Shown here: positions 37,943 to 47,286 of the stretch, piece after piece
Position numbering within the stretch: position 1 is the stretch's first letter
Layout: each line of letters starts with the position of its first letter
Source: Microbacteriaceae bacterium
GTDB lineage: Bacteria > Actinomycetota > Actinomycetes > Actinomycetales > Microbacteriaceae
Assembly (NCBI GenBank): GCA_025465035.1
Contig: JAODMH010000042.1
Span: 149 to 64,148 of the forward strand
Direction of reading: 5' to 3'
DNA length: 64,000 bases
Position numbers and translations under genes: made by a program
Notes under the pieces: model-generated
Database searches by the model: none
Seen by the model: the letters and a program-made list of their open reading frames with translations, nothing else
Told to the model about the DNA's origin: nothing

Positions 37943-38844
37943 GATTTCTCCTCGGTGGTGATGACGACGCAGGCAAGACGGGAGCCGTTGGAACCGACGG
38001 CCGCGCGGGCGATCGCCTGGCCGTCGACCATCACGTCAAGCGGACGATGCTGCGGGTGCGGAATGCGCAGCACGTCCCCGACGACCAGCCCGAGGATCTT
38101 GCTCGGCTTCACGTGGACGGGGGCGAGCTGAAGAGAGACTTCGACGGGAACTCGGCCGATCTGGGCGGACACGAGTTGCTTCGCGTTCGCGACTGTCGTT
38201 GTGGGGTTGGATTCGCCCAGCTGCGGGAGCACCGCCTCCGCGGGGAGGGCCAGGGTGGCGGTGGTCGAGCTGTCGCCGACCCGTATCGCGAACGACGAGA
38301 CGACCATGAGATCGGATGTCGCTGCAGCCTGGGCGAACTGCGAGTTGTACTGGATTGCATCGACAGTGATCGACGCCACTAGCAGTATTCCGAGCGAATA
38401 GCGCAGGTCTTCGAGCGCGTCATCGAAGAGGCGTCGGACGAGCGCCTGCTCGATCTGAGTGAATTTACGCTCCGGCGGCGTCTGGGCCTGATTGCTGCCG
38501 AGCATGTAAGACACCCAGGTCAGTGCGGCGGAGGCGGGAAACTGGATGACGGCCTTGGATTCCATCCCCTCGATGGCGCAGAGCACCATTGCCGTCGTCG
38601 CGGGAAGACTTGCAGCGTACTCGTCATAGGTCTGCATCGCCACCTGTTCGCACGTCACCTGGGAGACCACACGGACTTTGGCGGTCAGCTGAGTGCCCCA
38701 CTGGCGGGCGAAGGTCTCGAATGCGAGCTCGAGCACGCGTGAGTGCTCGCGAGCGAGCGTGGTCGGACGGCGGAAGTCATACGGCTCCACCGCGAAGCTC
38801 TGCTTCGCAGGCACGCCGATAGCAATGTGTTCCTGGACCGTCAC
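37939..38844 (-). CDS. fliM: Flagellar motor switch protein FliM
   Basis: YDFRRP, ERKFTQIE, SpoA-like C-terminus; GTG start inferred. Confidence 0.92.
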   Translation of the reverse strand: MTVQEHIAIGVPAKQSFAVEPYDFRRPTTLAREHSRVLELAFETFARQWGTQLTAKVRVVSQVTCEQVAMQTYDEYAASLPATTAMVLCAIEGMESKAVIQFPASAALTWVSYMLGSNQAQTPPERKFTQIEQALVRRLFDDALEDLRYSLGILLVASITVDAIQYNSQFAQAAATSDLMVVSSFAIRVGDSSTTATLALPAEAVLPQLGESNPTTTVANAKQLVSAQIGRVPVEVSLQLAPVHVKPSKILGLVVGDVLRIPHPQHRPLDVMVDGQAIARAAVGSNGSRLACVVITTEEKS

Positions 38845-38852
38845 GCAGCAAA

Positions 38853-39719
38853 CTATCGGCCGGTGGCGCTCGCAGGTAAGAGAAAGGGGGCGATCTTGTC
38901 TGGGGTCGTCGAGGCACCAGGGGCCACACCCTTGAGCACATCCGGAATGAGTGCGCGCACGGCCTCCGGCGCGTTGGACAGGACGACGATGTCGACGCGG
39001 CGATTCCGGGCCAGTGCCTCCGGCGCCGTGCCGGCTGCGAGAGGACGGGAGGATCCGTATCCGACGGCCCCGATCTTCTCCGGCGACACCCCGCCGGACT
39101 CGACCATGCGGCGCAACACCTGGACGGCGCGTCCGGAGGAGAGTTCCCAGTTGGTCGGGAAGGGACTCTGCGGTTGGCGTAAGTCGGCATGACCCTCGAC
39201 CGAGATGTTGTATGGAGCACTGGCGAGAATCGGGGCGATCGTGTCGAGCACGCTCGGAGCGATCCCGACGAGTGCGGTGCTGTTGGGCGTAAAAAAGGTC
39301 TGGCTGTCGACGAGCCTGATCGTCAGTCCGCGCTCGTCGAGTTGGAACTGCACAGTGCCAGAAAGGCCGTGTACAGCGAGCGCCGCGCTGATGCTCTCCT
39401 GCAGCGCCTTGAGATTCTGCACCTCCTTGATGGCTGCCTGGCCGTTGGCGAAGCTCTGCGACTTGTTGTCGGCCGCGCTCGGCGGGACTATGGTGCCCTG
39501 CGCGACGTCGAGCTTCCCGATATTCGTCACCCCGAAACCGGTGGCGAGCGAGTTGCGAAGCTTGTCGAACTTGTTTTGGTCGATGGTGGACATCGCGAAT
39601 AACACGATGAACATGCACATGAGTACCGTGACCATGTCCATGTAGGACGCCATCCAGCGCTCCGTCGGCTCCTGATGGTGGTCCTCCTCCTCGTCGACGC
39701 GGATTCGACGCCTGGCCAT
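38853..39719 (-). CDS. motB: Flagellar stator protein MotB
   Basis: RWMASYMDMVTVLMCMFIVLFAMS; OmpA-like ISVEGHAD, NWELSSGRA, NRRVDI. Confidence 0.96.
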   Translation of the reverse strand: MARRRIRVDEEEDHHQEPTERWMASYMDMVTVLMCMFIVLFAMSTIDQNKFDKLRNSLATGFGVTNIGKLDVAQGTIVPPSAADNKSQSFANGQAAIKEVQNLKALQESISAALAVHGLSGTVQFQLDERGLTIRLVDSQTFFTPNSTALVGIAPSVLDTIAPILASAPYNISVEGHADLRQPQSPFPTNWELSSGRAVQVLRRMVESGGVSPEKIGAVGYGSSRPLAAGTAPEALARNRRVDIVVLSNAPEAVRALIPDVLKGVAPGASTTPDKIAPFLLPASATGR

Positions 39720-40492
39720 CAGGCGGCCTTCGGCAGTTTTGGCAGTGAGTTCTCCGGCACCATCGCCCGCAGCCGCTCGCCGAGCAGCCGGGGCTGGCTT
39801 CCCGCCTGAACGGCGAGTATGCCCTCCATTACCAACGTCATGCGCTCGTTCTCCAGGTCGGCGAGTCGGCGGAGGCGTGATCCGATCGGAAGCCAGAGGA
39901 AGTTGGCGGAAAGCAAGCCCCACAGGGTGGCGACGAATGCCGAGGCGATGAGCGGGCCGAGCTTGTCCGGCGTGGAGAGGTTCTCGAGCACGTGAGTGAG
40001 AGCGACGACGGTGCCGATGATGCCGATGGTCGGAGCGAAACCGCCGAGGGTGGTGAAGAACTTGCCTGCGATGCGGTCTGATCCAGTGCGCGTGGCGATC
40101 TCGTCTTCGAGCAGTACACGCAGCTCTTCGCCGTCCATGCCGTCGGCCACGTTCTGTAGCGCCCTCTTGAGGAAGGGGTCGTCGACCGCCTCCGCCTCCT
40201 GTTCCAGGGAGAGAAGTCCCTCACGGCGTGCCTTCTCGGCGAGAGCCACGACCTGTTCGATCGTGTCGTGCGGCTTGGCTATCGTTCCGGTGAACGCGTG
40301 CGGTACGGCTTTCATCGCCAGGAAGAAGTCCTTGAGCGTTCCGCTCGCGATACCGACGGCGATCGTAGCCCCGAACACGAGCAGCATCGGTGCGGGAAGC
40401 AGGATGGCGGAGACAGCAGAGCCTTCGAGCGTGAGCATTCCCAGGAGCGCACCGAAGGCCAGCACGATGCCGATAATTGTCGCGGGATCCAT
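39719..40492 (-). CDS. motA: Flagellar stator protein MotA
   Basis: ARREGLLSLE, GGFAPTIGIIGTV, AFVATLWG. Confidence 0.96.
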   Translation of the reverse strand: MDPATIIGIVLAFGALLGMLTLEGSAVSAILLPAPMLLVFGATIAVGIASGTLKDFFLAMKAVPHAFTGTIAKPHDTIEQVVALAEKARREGLLSLEQEAEAVDDPFLKRALQNVADGMDGEELRVLLEDEIATRTGSDRIAGKFFTTLGGFAPTIGIIGTVVALTHVLENLSTPDKLGPLIASAFVATLWGLLSANFLWLPIGSRLRRLADLENERMTLVMEGILAVQAGSQPRLLGERLRAMVPENSLPKLPKAA

Positions 40493-40785
40493 CAGATCTT
40501 TCTGGGACGAAGAGGAGCGGCGTGTTTCGTCTCATCGACGTCGTCGACGAGACCCAGCGAACGAGGGCCGGAGAGGTGGCCGCCCGCCGACAATTCGTGG
40601 GTGAGGGCGATGACGGTGGCCCGGTAACGGGACACGCGGTCGATCACCTCGGCCATCGATTCGGTGACGATGTACTTGGCGCCGTCGACCATCACGATGG
40701 TGGTGTCCGGGTTCGAATGGATGCGCTCAATCAGATCGGGGTTGAGCGCAAACTGGCTGTCGTTCAGCCGCGTTACGACGATCAT
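40492..40785 (-). CDS. flbD: Flagellar FlbD (SwrD) family protein
   Basis: MIVVTRLNDSQFALNPDLIERI..NPDTTI. Confidence 0.92.
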   Translation of the reverse strand: MIVVTRLNDSQFALNPDLIERIHSNPDTTIVMVDGAKYIVTESMAEVIDRVSRYRATVIALTHELSAGGHLSGPRSLGLVDDVDETKHAAPLRPRKI

Positions 40786-40809
40786 GAGCGCATCCCTGCT
40801 TGTTCAAGA

Positions 40810-40826
40810 GGGCCCTTCCTGGGCCC
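40810..40826 (-). promoter_or_regulatory. Putative CsrA-binding hairpin in the flbD-motAB leader (GGGCCC-AGGAA-GGGCCC)
   Basis: Perfect 6-bp stem with GGA in the loop, downstream of a sigma28-type promoter. Confidence 0.55.
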
Positions 40827-40836
40827 TTACACAGCA

Positions 40837-40863
40837 CTATCGGTCACTCGGTCGTCCGCGTAA
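40837..40863 (-). promoter_or_regulatory. Sigma28/FliA-type promoter TTAC-N15-ACCGATAG (flbD-motAB-fliM operon)
   Basis: Matches three other copies with an identical 15-nt spacer. Confidence 0.75.
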
Positions 40864-40901
40864 GTGGTGAGGCGGCATCCGTAGTCCCTGTCCCACCGCA
40901 A

Positions 40902-41063
40902 CCCGCGGCGCCCGGCAGCCCGCGGCGCCCGGCAGCTCGCGGCGGAGAAAAAGCGCCGCGGACGGAGATATACCTCCGTCCGCGAGCACGTTCCTCCGCC
41001 GCTGGTGTCAGTAATTCCGCCGCTGGTAGGTATCCCCACCGTCGTCGGCGATAGCTCCGCCGC
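40902..41063. repeat. GC-rich intergenic repeat cluster: 2x17-bp tandem, a nested palindrome (40939-41002) and recurring TCCGCCGC
   Basis: CCCGCGGCGCCCGGCAG x2; GCGGCGGAG/CTCCGCCGC outer arms around an 11-bp inner hairpin; related copy at about 59072-59133. Confidence 0.7.
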
Positions 41064-41083
41064 GGCAAGCTCCTCGATGGCTG

Positions 41084-42256
41084 CTAGCGCTTGAGGTTGG
41101 TCAGTTCCTGCAGCACCTCGTCTGAGGTGGTGATGATGCGGGCGTTCGCCTGGAAGCCGCGCTGGGCGACGATGAGGTTGGTGAACTCCTGCGAGAGGTC
41201 GACGTTCGACATCTCGAGGGCGCCGCTATTGAGGGCGCCGACGCCTCCCGCCCCCGCGGTACCAACCTGCGCGATGCCGGAGTTGAGGGTCGACTTATAG
41301 GAGGAGGCTCCGGCCTTCTCGAGGCCGCCGGGGTTCAGGAAGCTCGCGAGCACGATCCGCCCGATCGCCTGCGAAGCACCGTTGCTGAACTGGCCGACGA
41401 TCGTACCGTCGGTGCCGATCGAGTAGGTCTCCAGCGATCCCGCGGCTCGGCCGTCCTGGTTGGTGACCGCGACCGAGGTGAGTCCGGCGAATCCGGTCAG
41501 CGTGGTCATGTCGACGGTGATGCCGCCGATCGCGAGAGTTCCGCCGGTAGTGAGCGCCCCGTTGGTGAAGGCCAGCGCGGTGACCCCGGTCGCTCCGTTC
41601 GCGTCGGCACCGGAGACATCCCAACCGGCGGCGGTACGGGTATAGGTGAGTGTGAGCGCCCGCGCCGAACCCGCGCCGTCATAGGCCTGAGCGTCGCGCA
41701 CGAGCGTGGTGCCGAGCGCCGCATCCTCGGGAAGGTTCCCGCCGACAGTGGCCGAGGTCGTGGCGACCGCTGGCACGACCGCGCCCCGCGGGAGCACCAC
41801 GTCTCCGACTGGGCCACCGTTGTTGACGACCCCGTTGGTGGCCGACCAACCCTGCACGATCGAGCCGTCCGGTGCGACCAAGCGACCCCCGGAGTCGAAG
41901 TCGAAGGAACCCGCACGCGTGTAGAGCGTCTGGTTGCCCAGCTGGGTGACGAAGAACCCGTCGCCCGAGATCATGAGGTCGGTCGGCCGGCCGGTCGCCT
42001 GGGTCGAGCCCTGGGCGAAGTTGGTCGAGATCCCCGCGACACGCACACCGAGCCCGACCTGGGCCGGGTTGGTGCCACCTGCCAGGGCCTGCGGGCCGCC
42101 GGCGCTCTGTGTCAACTGAGACAGGGTGTCCTGGAACTGGGTGGAAGACGACTTGAATGCCGTGGTGTTGACGTTGGCGATGTTGTTGCCGGTGACGTCG
42201 AGCATGGTCTGATGCGAACGAAGTCCGGAGATTCCGGAGTACAGAGAACGAAGCAT
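41084..42256 (-). CDS. flgE: Flagellar hook protein FlgE
   Basis: MLRSLYSGISGL, GNNIANVNT, TGRPTDLMISGDGFF, LEMSNVDLSQEFTNLIVAQRGFQAN. Confidence 0.96.
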   Translation of the reverse strand: MLRSLYSGISGLRSHQTMLDVTGNNIANVNTTAFKSSSTQFQDTLSQLTQSAGGPQALAGGTNPAQVGLGVRVAGISTNFAQGSTQATGRPTDLMISGDGFFVTQLGNQTLYTRAGSFDFDSGGRLVAPDGSIVQGWSATNGVVNNGGPVGDVVLPRGAVVPAVATTSATVGGNLPEDAALGTTLVRDAQAYDGAGSARALTLTYTRTAAGWDVSGADANGATGVTALAFTNGALTTGGTLAIGGITVDMTTLTGFAGLTSVAVTNQDGRAAGSLETYSIGTDGTIVGQFSNGASQAIGRIVLASFLNPGGLEKAGASSYKSTLNSGIAQVGTAGAGGVGALNSGALEMSNVDLSQEFTNLIVAQRGFQANARIITTSDEVLQELTNLKR

Positions 42257-42286
42257 TGTGCTGCCTTTCGATTGGTGTGCTGGAAG

Positions 42287-42709
42287 TCAGGCGGATGTGG
42301 TGCTGATGCCGGAGATGAGGTCGAGCGCCACATCGACGCCCCCGACAGTGACCTGGGGAACCGAGCCGGCGAAGGACACGCTCGTCGCGGTGCCGGTCAC
42401 GGGAGTGCCGTCCTTGCCGAGATAGCTGACCTGCTTGCCGACGATGGCGGTCGCCGCGATCCGCATCTGGAGGGAGAAGTCTTCCGTGCTCGTGGTCGAG
42501 AGCTCGGTCATCTTCTCCATCATCGCGAGCTGGGTCGTCTGCGAGATCATCTGATTCGTGTCCATGGGCGAGCTCGGGTCCTGATTGCGCAACTGGGTGA
42601 CCAGCAGCGACATGAAGACTTGCGAATCCATGGTCTGCTTGGGTGCCGGCGCCGTCGGCGCGGTGTAGAGCCCGGCGGTTGTCGTTGATGCCACGGCGCT
42701 GACTGTCAT
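42287..42709 (-). CDS. flgD: Flagellar hook capping protein FlgD
   Basis: FMSLLVTQLRNQDPSSPMD. Confidence 0.94.
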   Translation of the reverse strand: MTVSAVASTTTAGLYTAPTAPAPKQTMDSQVFMSLLVTQLRNQDPSSPMDTNQMISQTTQLAMMEKMTELSTTSTEDFSLQMRIAATAIVGKQVSYLGKDGTPVTGTATSVSFAGSVPQVTVGGVDVALDLISGISTTSA

Positions 42710-42728
42710 TATTCGTGCTCCTCTTTTT

Positions 42729-43925
42729 TCAGACCAGCACGTCGATGGTGGTCGATCGCACGTCGCGTGCCCGGGCGGGCGCTGGCGCGAGGTCGGTCTC
42801 GACGGCGGGGTTCGTGGACGGTTCGGGCAGCTGGACGACGAGACGCTCGCGACGCGATCCATCGAAACCGCGATCATCTGGCTGGTTCTGTGACGACAGG
42901 TCGAGGTTGGCGCTGAGCCCCTGGCCTGCCAGGTCCTTGCGCAGATCGGGAAGGATCGAACGGATGGCGTCACGCCCGGCATCGCTCGGCGCGAAGAGCT
43001 CGACGCGCATGCCGTCCACCCCGACGTGTGCGCGCACGGTGATCGGACCGAGGTTCTCCGGGGTGACCTTGACCGTCACCACGTGCTCGCCCGCCCCGGC
43101 GGATGCAAGGGTGAAGATGGGCTTCGACAGCTGGGCCGTGAAGTGCTGCGCTGACACCGGAGCGGTCGGAGCCGGCGGCGCCGCGGATGCCACGACGGGC
43201 TGGACGGAGACCATGATCGCGGCGGAGGCGGGTGCGTCTTGCGCGACCGCGGCGACGGGTGAGGTCTCAGCCCTGGCCGGTTTCGCCGCCCTGACGACCA
43301 GGATCGCCTCACCGTTGACGGTCACTGCGGCGATGGATGCCAGTGGGATAACCGGCGCCTGCGCGACCGGAGTCTGGGCGATCGGAGTCTGGGCGATCGG
43401 CGCAGCCGGCTCGATCGGCGCAGTGGTCGCCGGTGCGGCAGATTTCGCCTCCATCTTCGTGGTGGGGCGTGCGCCCTGGATCGGCACCGCGGCGAGTTCG
43501 GAGATGCCAGCGGTAGCGACGACGGTCGCCGGAGCCGCGGCGACCGCGGAGATTGTGCGCGACGGCGTAGCGCCGCTCGGAGCGGTCGCGCGTGGCGTCA
43601 GCGGCGGAGTGTCGAGCAGTAGCGCGACGGGCACGAGTGGCGGCACGGCGGCGGTGTCGTCCTTGACAGCGTCATCGGTCGTCGGCGCGGACGTGGGCGC
43701 CGACGCATCCGCTGTCTTGCCGGTGAGCTGTGCGACGAACTGCGCGAGGAGGTCCGCGGCTGGCTGCTCCACTGTCTGCGCCTCTCCCGTCGGAGCAACG
43801 GGAGCGAGGAGGGCCGCCTGGGCATTGAGCATCGCGGTGCCGAATCCGGCGGGGGGCAGGCCACCCACGGAACCAGGGGGCGTTGCCGCCGCGGCGGTGC
43901 CTGTGAAGAGTCCGACGAGAGTCAC
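42729..43925 (-). CDS. fliK: Flagellar hook-length control protein FliK
   Basis: Ala/Pro/Thr-rich N-terminus; C-terminal VTPENLGPITVR..VELFA..LPDLRKDL; precedes flgD. Confidence 0.88.
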   Translation of the reverse strand: MTLVGLFTGTAAAATPPGSVGGLPPAGFGTAMLNAQAALLAPVAPTGEAQTVEQPAADLLAQFVAQLTGKTADASAPTSAPTTDDAVKDDTAAVPPLVPVALLLDTPPLTPRATAPSGATPSRTISAVAAAPATVVATAGISELAAVPIQGARPTTKMEAKSAAPATTAPIEPAAPIAQTPIAQTPVAQAPVIPLASIAAVTVNGEAILVVRAAKPARAETSPVAAVAQDAPASAAIMVSVQPVVASAAPPAPTAPVSAQHFTAQLSKPIFTLASAGAGEHVVTVKVTPENLGPITVRAHVGVDGMRVELFAPSDAGRDAIRSILPDLRKDLAGQGLSANLDLSSQNQPDDRGFDGSRRERLVVQLPEPSTNPAVETDLAPAPARARDVRSTTIDVLV

Positions 43926-44356
43926 TGTGCGCCACCTTCCGCCGCGGGGTGCCAGCGGGCGGACCCGATCTCGTCGAGCCGGGCCTGCTCCGCGCTGAGT
44001 TCGCCGCCCACCACGGTATCGATGTGGCGTCCCTCGAGCTTCTCCAGGCCGACCGAGCGTGCGCGGGCCGCGGTGAATTCGGCGGAGGCCTGATCCCTCA
44101 CCTCGCGGTGTTCGCAGTCGAGAGCCTCGAGTTCGGCGAGCATGCTGCGCGAGGATGCCCGGGCGGCTGCGATCGCATAGAGCACGTTCGTGTCCGTGGC
44201 CTCGTTCGGCATCCCGCCAAGAGCCGTCCGTGCCCTGCGCTGTCGCGCGCCGCTTTCATTGAGGTGGGCATTGGCCACCGCGAGGTCGCTCGCCGCCTGG
44301 TCTTTCTGGATCTGGCGGAGCCGCAGCAGTCCGGCGAGGGGGAAGACGCGCGCCAT
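43922..44356 (-). CDS. fliJ: Flagellar export protein FliJ
   Basis: FPLAGLLRLR, coiled coil, LEKLE; follows fliI. Confidence 0.85.
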   Translation of the reverse strand: MARVFPLAGLLRLRQIQKDQAASDLAVANAHLNESGARQRRARTALGGMPNEATDTNVLYAIAAARASSRSMLAELEALDCEHREVRDQASAEFTAARARSVGLEKLEGRHIDTVVGGELSAEQARLDEIGSARWHPAAEGGAQ

Positions 44357-45672
44357 CAGGCACCTCCGAGAACTGTCGTGAGCCGGTCGAGTTGTTCCCA
44401 GGCGCCGGTTATCGTCGCCTGCTCGTCCATGCGCTGCTGCAGGAATGCGTTGATCTCGGACTCGTGGTCGACGGCCGCGTCGACGAGCGGGTTGGCTCCG
44501 CGCTGGTAGGCGCCGACATCGAGCAGGTCCTGTGCCGCCTTGCGTGCGGCGAGAGTGCGACGCAGTACGCCCGCGACCTGCATCCTTTCGGAGGTGTTCA
44601 CACGTGAGGCGACTCGCGAGATCGATCCGAGTACATCGATCGAGGGAAAGTGCCCGGCGACGGCGAGCTTACGGTCGAGCACGACGTGTCCGTCGAGGAA
44701 CGAGCGCGCGGCGTCCGCGATGGGTTCGTTATGGTCGTCCCCATCGACGAGCACCGTGTAGATGCCGGTGACGGAACCCGACTCGCCGGTGCCGGCGCGC
44801 TCGAGCAGCCGGGCGAGCAGGGAGAAAGTCGACGGCGGGTAACCGCGCGTCGCCGGCGGCTCGCCGGCGGAGAGTCCGATCTCGCGCTGCGCCATCGCGA
44901 CCCGGGTGAGCGAGTCCATCATGAGCATCACGTCGGCGCCCTGGTCGCGGAACGATTCGGCGATGCGCGTCGCGACGAAGGCGGCGCGCACGCGCATCAT
45001 GGCGGGTTCATCCGAGGTGGAGACGACGACGATCGACCGGGCGAGGCCCTCCTCGCCGAGATCGTCCTCGAGGAATTCGCGCACCTCGCGGCCTCGTTCT
45101 CCCACCAGCGCGATCACGGAGACGCCGGCATCCGTTCCCCGCGCGATCATGGAGAGGAGGGAGGATTTGCCGACCCCGGATCCGGCGAACAGTCCGATGC
45201 GCTGACCCTTGCCGACCGTCGTGAGCGTGTCGAGCACCCGGACACCGGTCTGCAGCGGGGTGTCGATGCGCGCCCGCTGCATCGCCGATGGGCTGTCATT
45301 GTCGAGGGAGACCACCGCGCCCGGCCGCAGCGGACCCTTGCCGTCGATGGGCCGGCCGAGACCATCGATGACCCGGCCGAAGAGTTCGGCTCCGGTCGGC
45401 ACGAGCATGGGTATGCCCTTTGACCGGGCGGGTGCGCCCGCGCTGATCCCCGTCATGCGACTGAGCGGCATACAGCGGATGCCGGATCTGGTCGTGGCGA
45501 TCACCTCGGCGTCGACCGTGGTGCGGTCCCCGACCGTTATGAAGTCACCGATCGCGCAGTCGAGCCCGTCGATCTCGAGACCGAGCCCGACGATCGACGA
45601 GACGACGCCGACGCGCTCCGGACGGGCCACGGCGAGCGCGGTCTTCAGTCGGGGAAGAAGGGCGACGCTCAT
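44356..45672 (-). CDS. fliI: Flagellar export ATPase FliI
   Basis: GQRIGLFAGSGVGKSSLL, LVGERGRE, DSLTRVAMAQREIGL, GHFPSIDV. Confidence 0.97.
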   Translation of the reverse strand: MSVALLPRLKTALAVARPERVGVVSSIVGLGLEIDGLDCAIGDFITVGDRTTVDAEVIATTRSGIRCMPLSRMTGISAGAPARSKGIPMLVPTGAELFGRVIDGLGRPIDGKGPLRPGAVVSLDNDSPSAMQRARIDTPLQTGVRVLDTLTTVGKGQRIGLFAGSGVGKSSLLSMIARGTDAGVSVIALVGERGREVREFLEDDLGEEGLARSIVVVSTSDEPAMMRVRAAFVATRIAESFRDQGADVMLMMDSLTRVAMAQREIGLSAGEPPATRGYPPSTFSLLARLLERAGTGESGSVTGIYTVLVDGDDHNEPIADAARSFLDGHVVLDRKLAVAGHFPSIDVLGSISRVASRVNTSERMQVAGVLRRTLAARKAAQDLLDVGAYQRGANPLVDAAVDHESEINAFLQQRMDEQATITGAWEQLDRLTTVLGGA

Positions 45673-46277
45673 GACGCCTGCCCGAGGATGGCGGCCCTGG
45701 CCCTGACGACCGCAGCGCTGATCCTGGCGTCGAGGTAGCCGATGGGGAATTCGGTGATCGCGTCCCCGCGGGCCAAACCCGGGTCGGCGGTGAAACTGAC
45801 GCCGGTAGCGGCGAGTGTCCCCTCATCGAACAGGGCGAGGTCGAGCGGGTTCATCCGGACGGTGTGAATGGGGGAAGCCTCGACGGAGGACAAAGCACGC
45901 TTCATCGCGGCGGCGGCCGAGGTCTCGCCGACCGAGAGTTCGGTGCCGAGGAGCGCTTCTGCGAGCTCCAGCGCGGACTCCGCGATCGCATCGTGAGCCT
46001 CGGTCAGCACGGGCACCGTGCGCTCGTCGAGAGCGCGAGCCGCCGCCGCGAGCAGTCCGATCGCGCGGTCGAGCCTCGCCTGTGCCTGCCGCAGCGCCGC
46101 CTCGTGTTCCGCGTCGAGTCGGGCAACGCGCTCCGACAGCTCCTGGCCGGCGGCGCGAAGCCCCGCGGCATAGCCTGCGGCATGTCCGCTCGCCCGTGCC
46201 TGCACATCCAACGTCTCCTGGTGCTCGCTGCGGAGCGACGGGAAGTCGAGGAACGAGAATTCCGTGTCAAGCGACAT
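45669..46277 (-). CDS. fliH: Flagellar assembly protein FliH
   Basis: GHAAGYAAG repeats, VRMNPLD, IDAR-like end; between fliG and fliI. Confidence 0.88.
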   Translation of the reverse strand: MSLDTEFSFLDFPSLRSEHQETLDVQARASGHAAGYAAGLRAAGQELSERVARLDAEHEAALRQAQARLDRAIGLLAAAARALDERTVPVLTEAHDAIAESALELAEALLGTELSVGETSAAAAMKRALSSVEASPIHTVRMNPLDLALFDEGTLAATGVSFTADPGLARGDAITEFPIGYLDARISAAVVRARAAILGQAS

Positions 46278-47286
46278 ATTCATCCTCGTCGCCTCGCTGG
46301 ACAGTGATCGTGCCCTGCGCCTCGAGGTCGCGGATGGCGCGGACGATCTCGGCCCTGGCCTCCTCGACCTGGATGAGCCGCACAGGACCGAGCGCCTGGA
46401 TCTCGTCTTCCAGAATGTCTCGGTTGCGTTCGGAAATATTGGCCCGGATGACCTCGATGACGGGCTCCGGTGATCCCTTCATCGCCAGCGCCAGCACGCT
46501 GGCGTCTATTCCGCGCAGCACCTGCTGGACATCCTTGCGCTCGAACTTCACGAGATCGGCGAAGGTCAGCATCCTCGACCGCACCTCTTCCGCGAGCTGC
46601 GGGTCTAGCTCGTCGAGGCCATCGAGCAACGCCTTCTCGGTCGACACATCCGAACGGTTGATGATCTCGACCAGCGGTTGCACTCCCCCGACGACATCCT
46701 CGGTGTCGCGAGCGGTGACGACGGCGCTCGCCCGGATCTTGAGCGTCTCGGCGACGACACGCACGGCTTCCGGGGCTGCCGTGCCCATGGTGCCGATGGC
46801 CTGGGCAACGTCGGTGCGGAGAGTTGCGTCGAGACCGGCGAGCACCGGTGAGGCATGCTCGCGGCGCAGATGGGCGAGTACGAGGGCGATCGTCTGAGGA
46901 AGCTCCCCGTCGAGCAGTGTGATGAGCTGACTCGGTTCGGCGCTATCGAGAAACTCGAAAGCCTTTCCCGCCATCGACGAGGCCACGCGGTTCATGACCC
47001 CGGCGGCACGCTCCGTGCCGAACGACGCCTCAAGCAGCAGGGAGGCGGTCTCGCGCCCCCCGCGGGGATTGCGTCCGCCCTTGACCGTCAGTTCGTGGAA
47101 CTCGAGGATCGCCGCCTCGGAGACTGCGCTGTCGACGCGACGCAGGCGGATGATCTCCGCAGCGATCTCCTCGGCCTCCGCATCGCTGAACTGCTTCATG
47201 ACCTCGGCAGCACGCACCTGGTCCATGTTCATCAGGACGACGGCAACCTTCTGAGTGCCGGAGAGCGTGGTCGAGGTGTCGTTCAT
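46267..47286 (-). CDS. fliG: Flagellar motor switch protein FliG
   Basis: QKVAVVL, EL.QTIALVLAHL, MLTFADL, GPVRLIQVEEARAEI. Confidence 0.96.
   Translation of the reverse strand: MNDTSTTLSGTQKVAVVLMNMDQVRAAEVMKQFSDAEAEEIAAEIIRLRRVDSAVSEAAILEFHELTVKGGRNPRGGRETASLLLEASFGTERAAGVMNRVASSMAGKAFEFLDSAEPSQLITLLDGELPQTIALVLAHLRREHASPVLAGLDATLRTDVAQAIGTMGTAAPEAVRVVAETLKIRASAVVTARDTEDVVGGVQPLVEIINRSDVSTEKALLDGLDELDPQLAEEVRSRMLTFADLVKFERKDVQQVLRGIDASVLALAMKGSPEPVIEVIRANISERNRDILEDEIQALGPVRLIQVEEARAEIVRAIRDLEAQGTITVQRGDEDEYVA

Noticed and set aside
38845-39618. Apparent N-terminal extension of FliM (559-aa ORF in the track)
   Set aside because: Overlaps motB in another frame; FliM homology begins at about 38844.
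43340-43410. 15-bp tandem repeats in fliK
   Set aside because: In-frame low-complexity PIAQT repeats, normal for the disordered FliK ruler.
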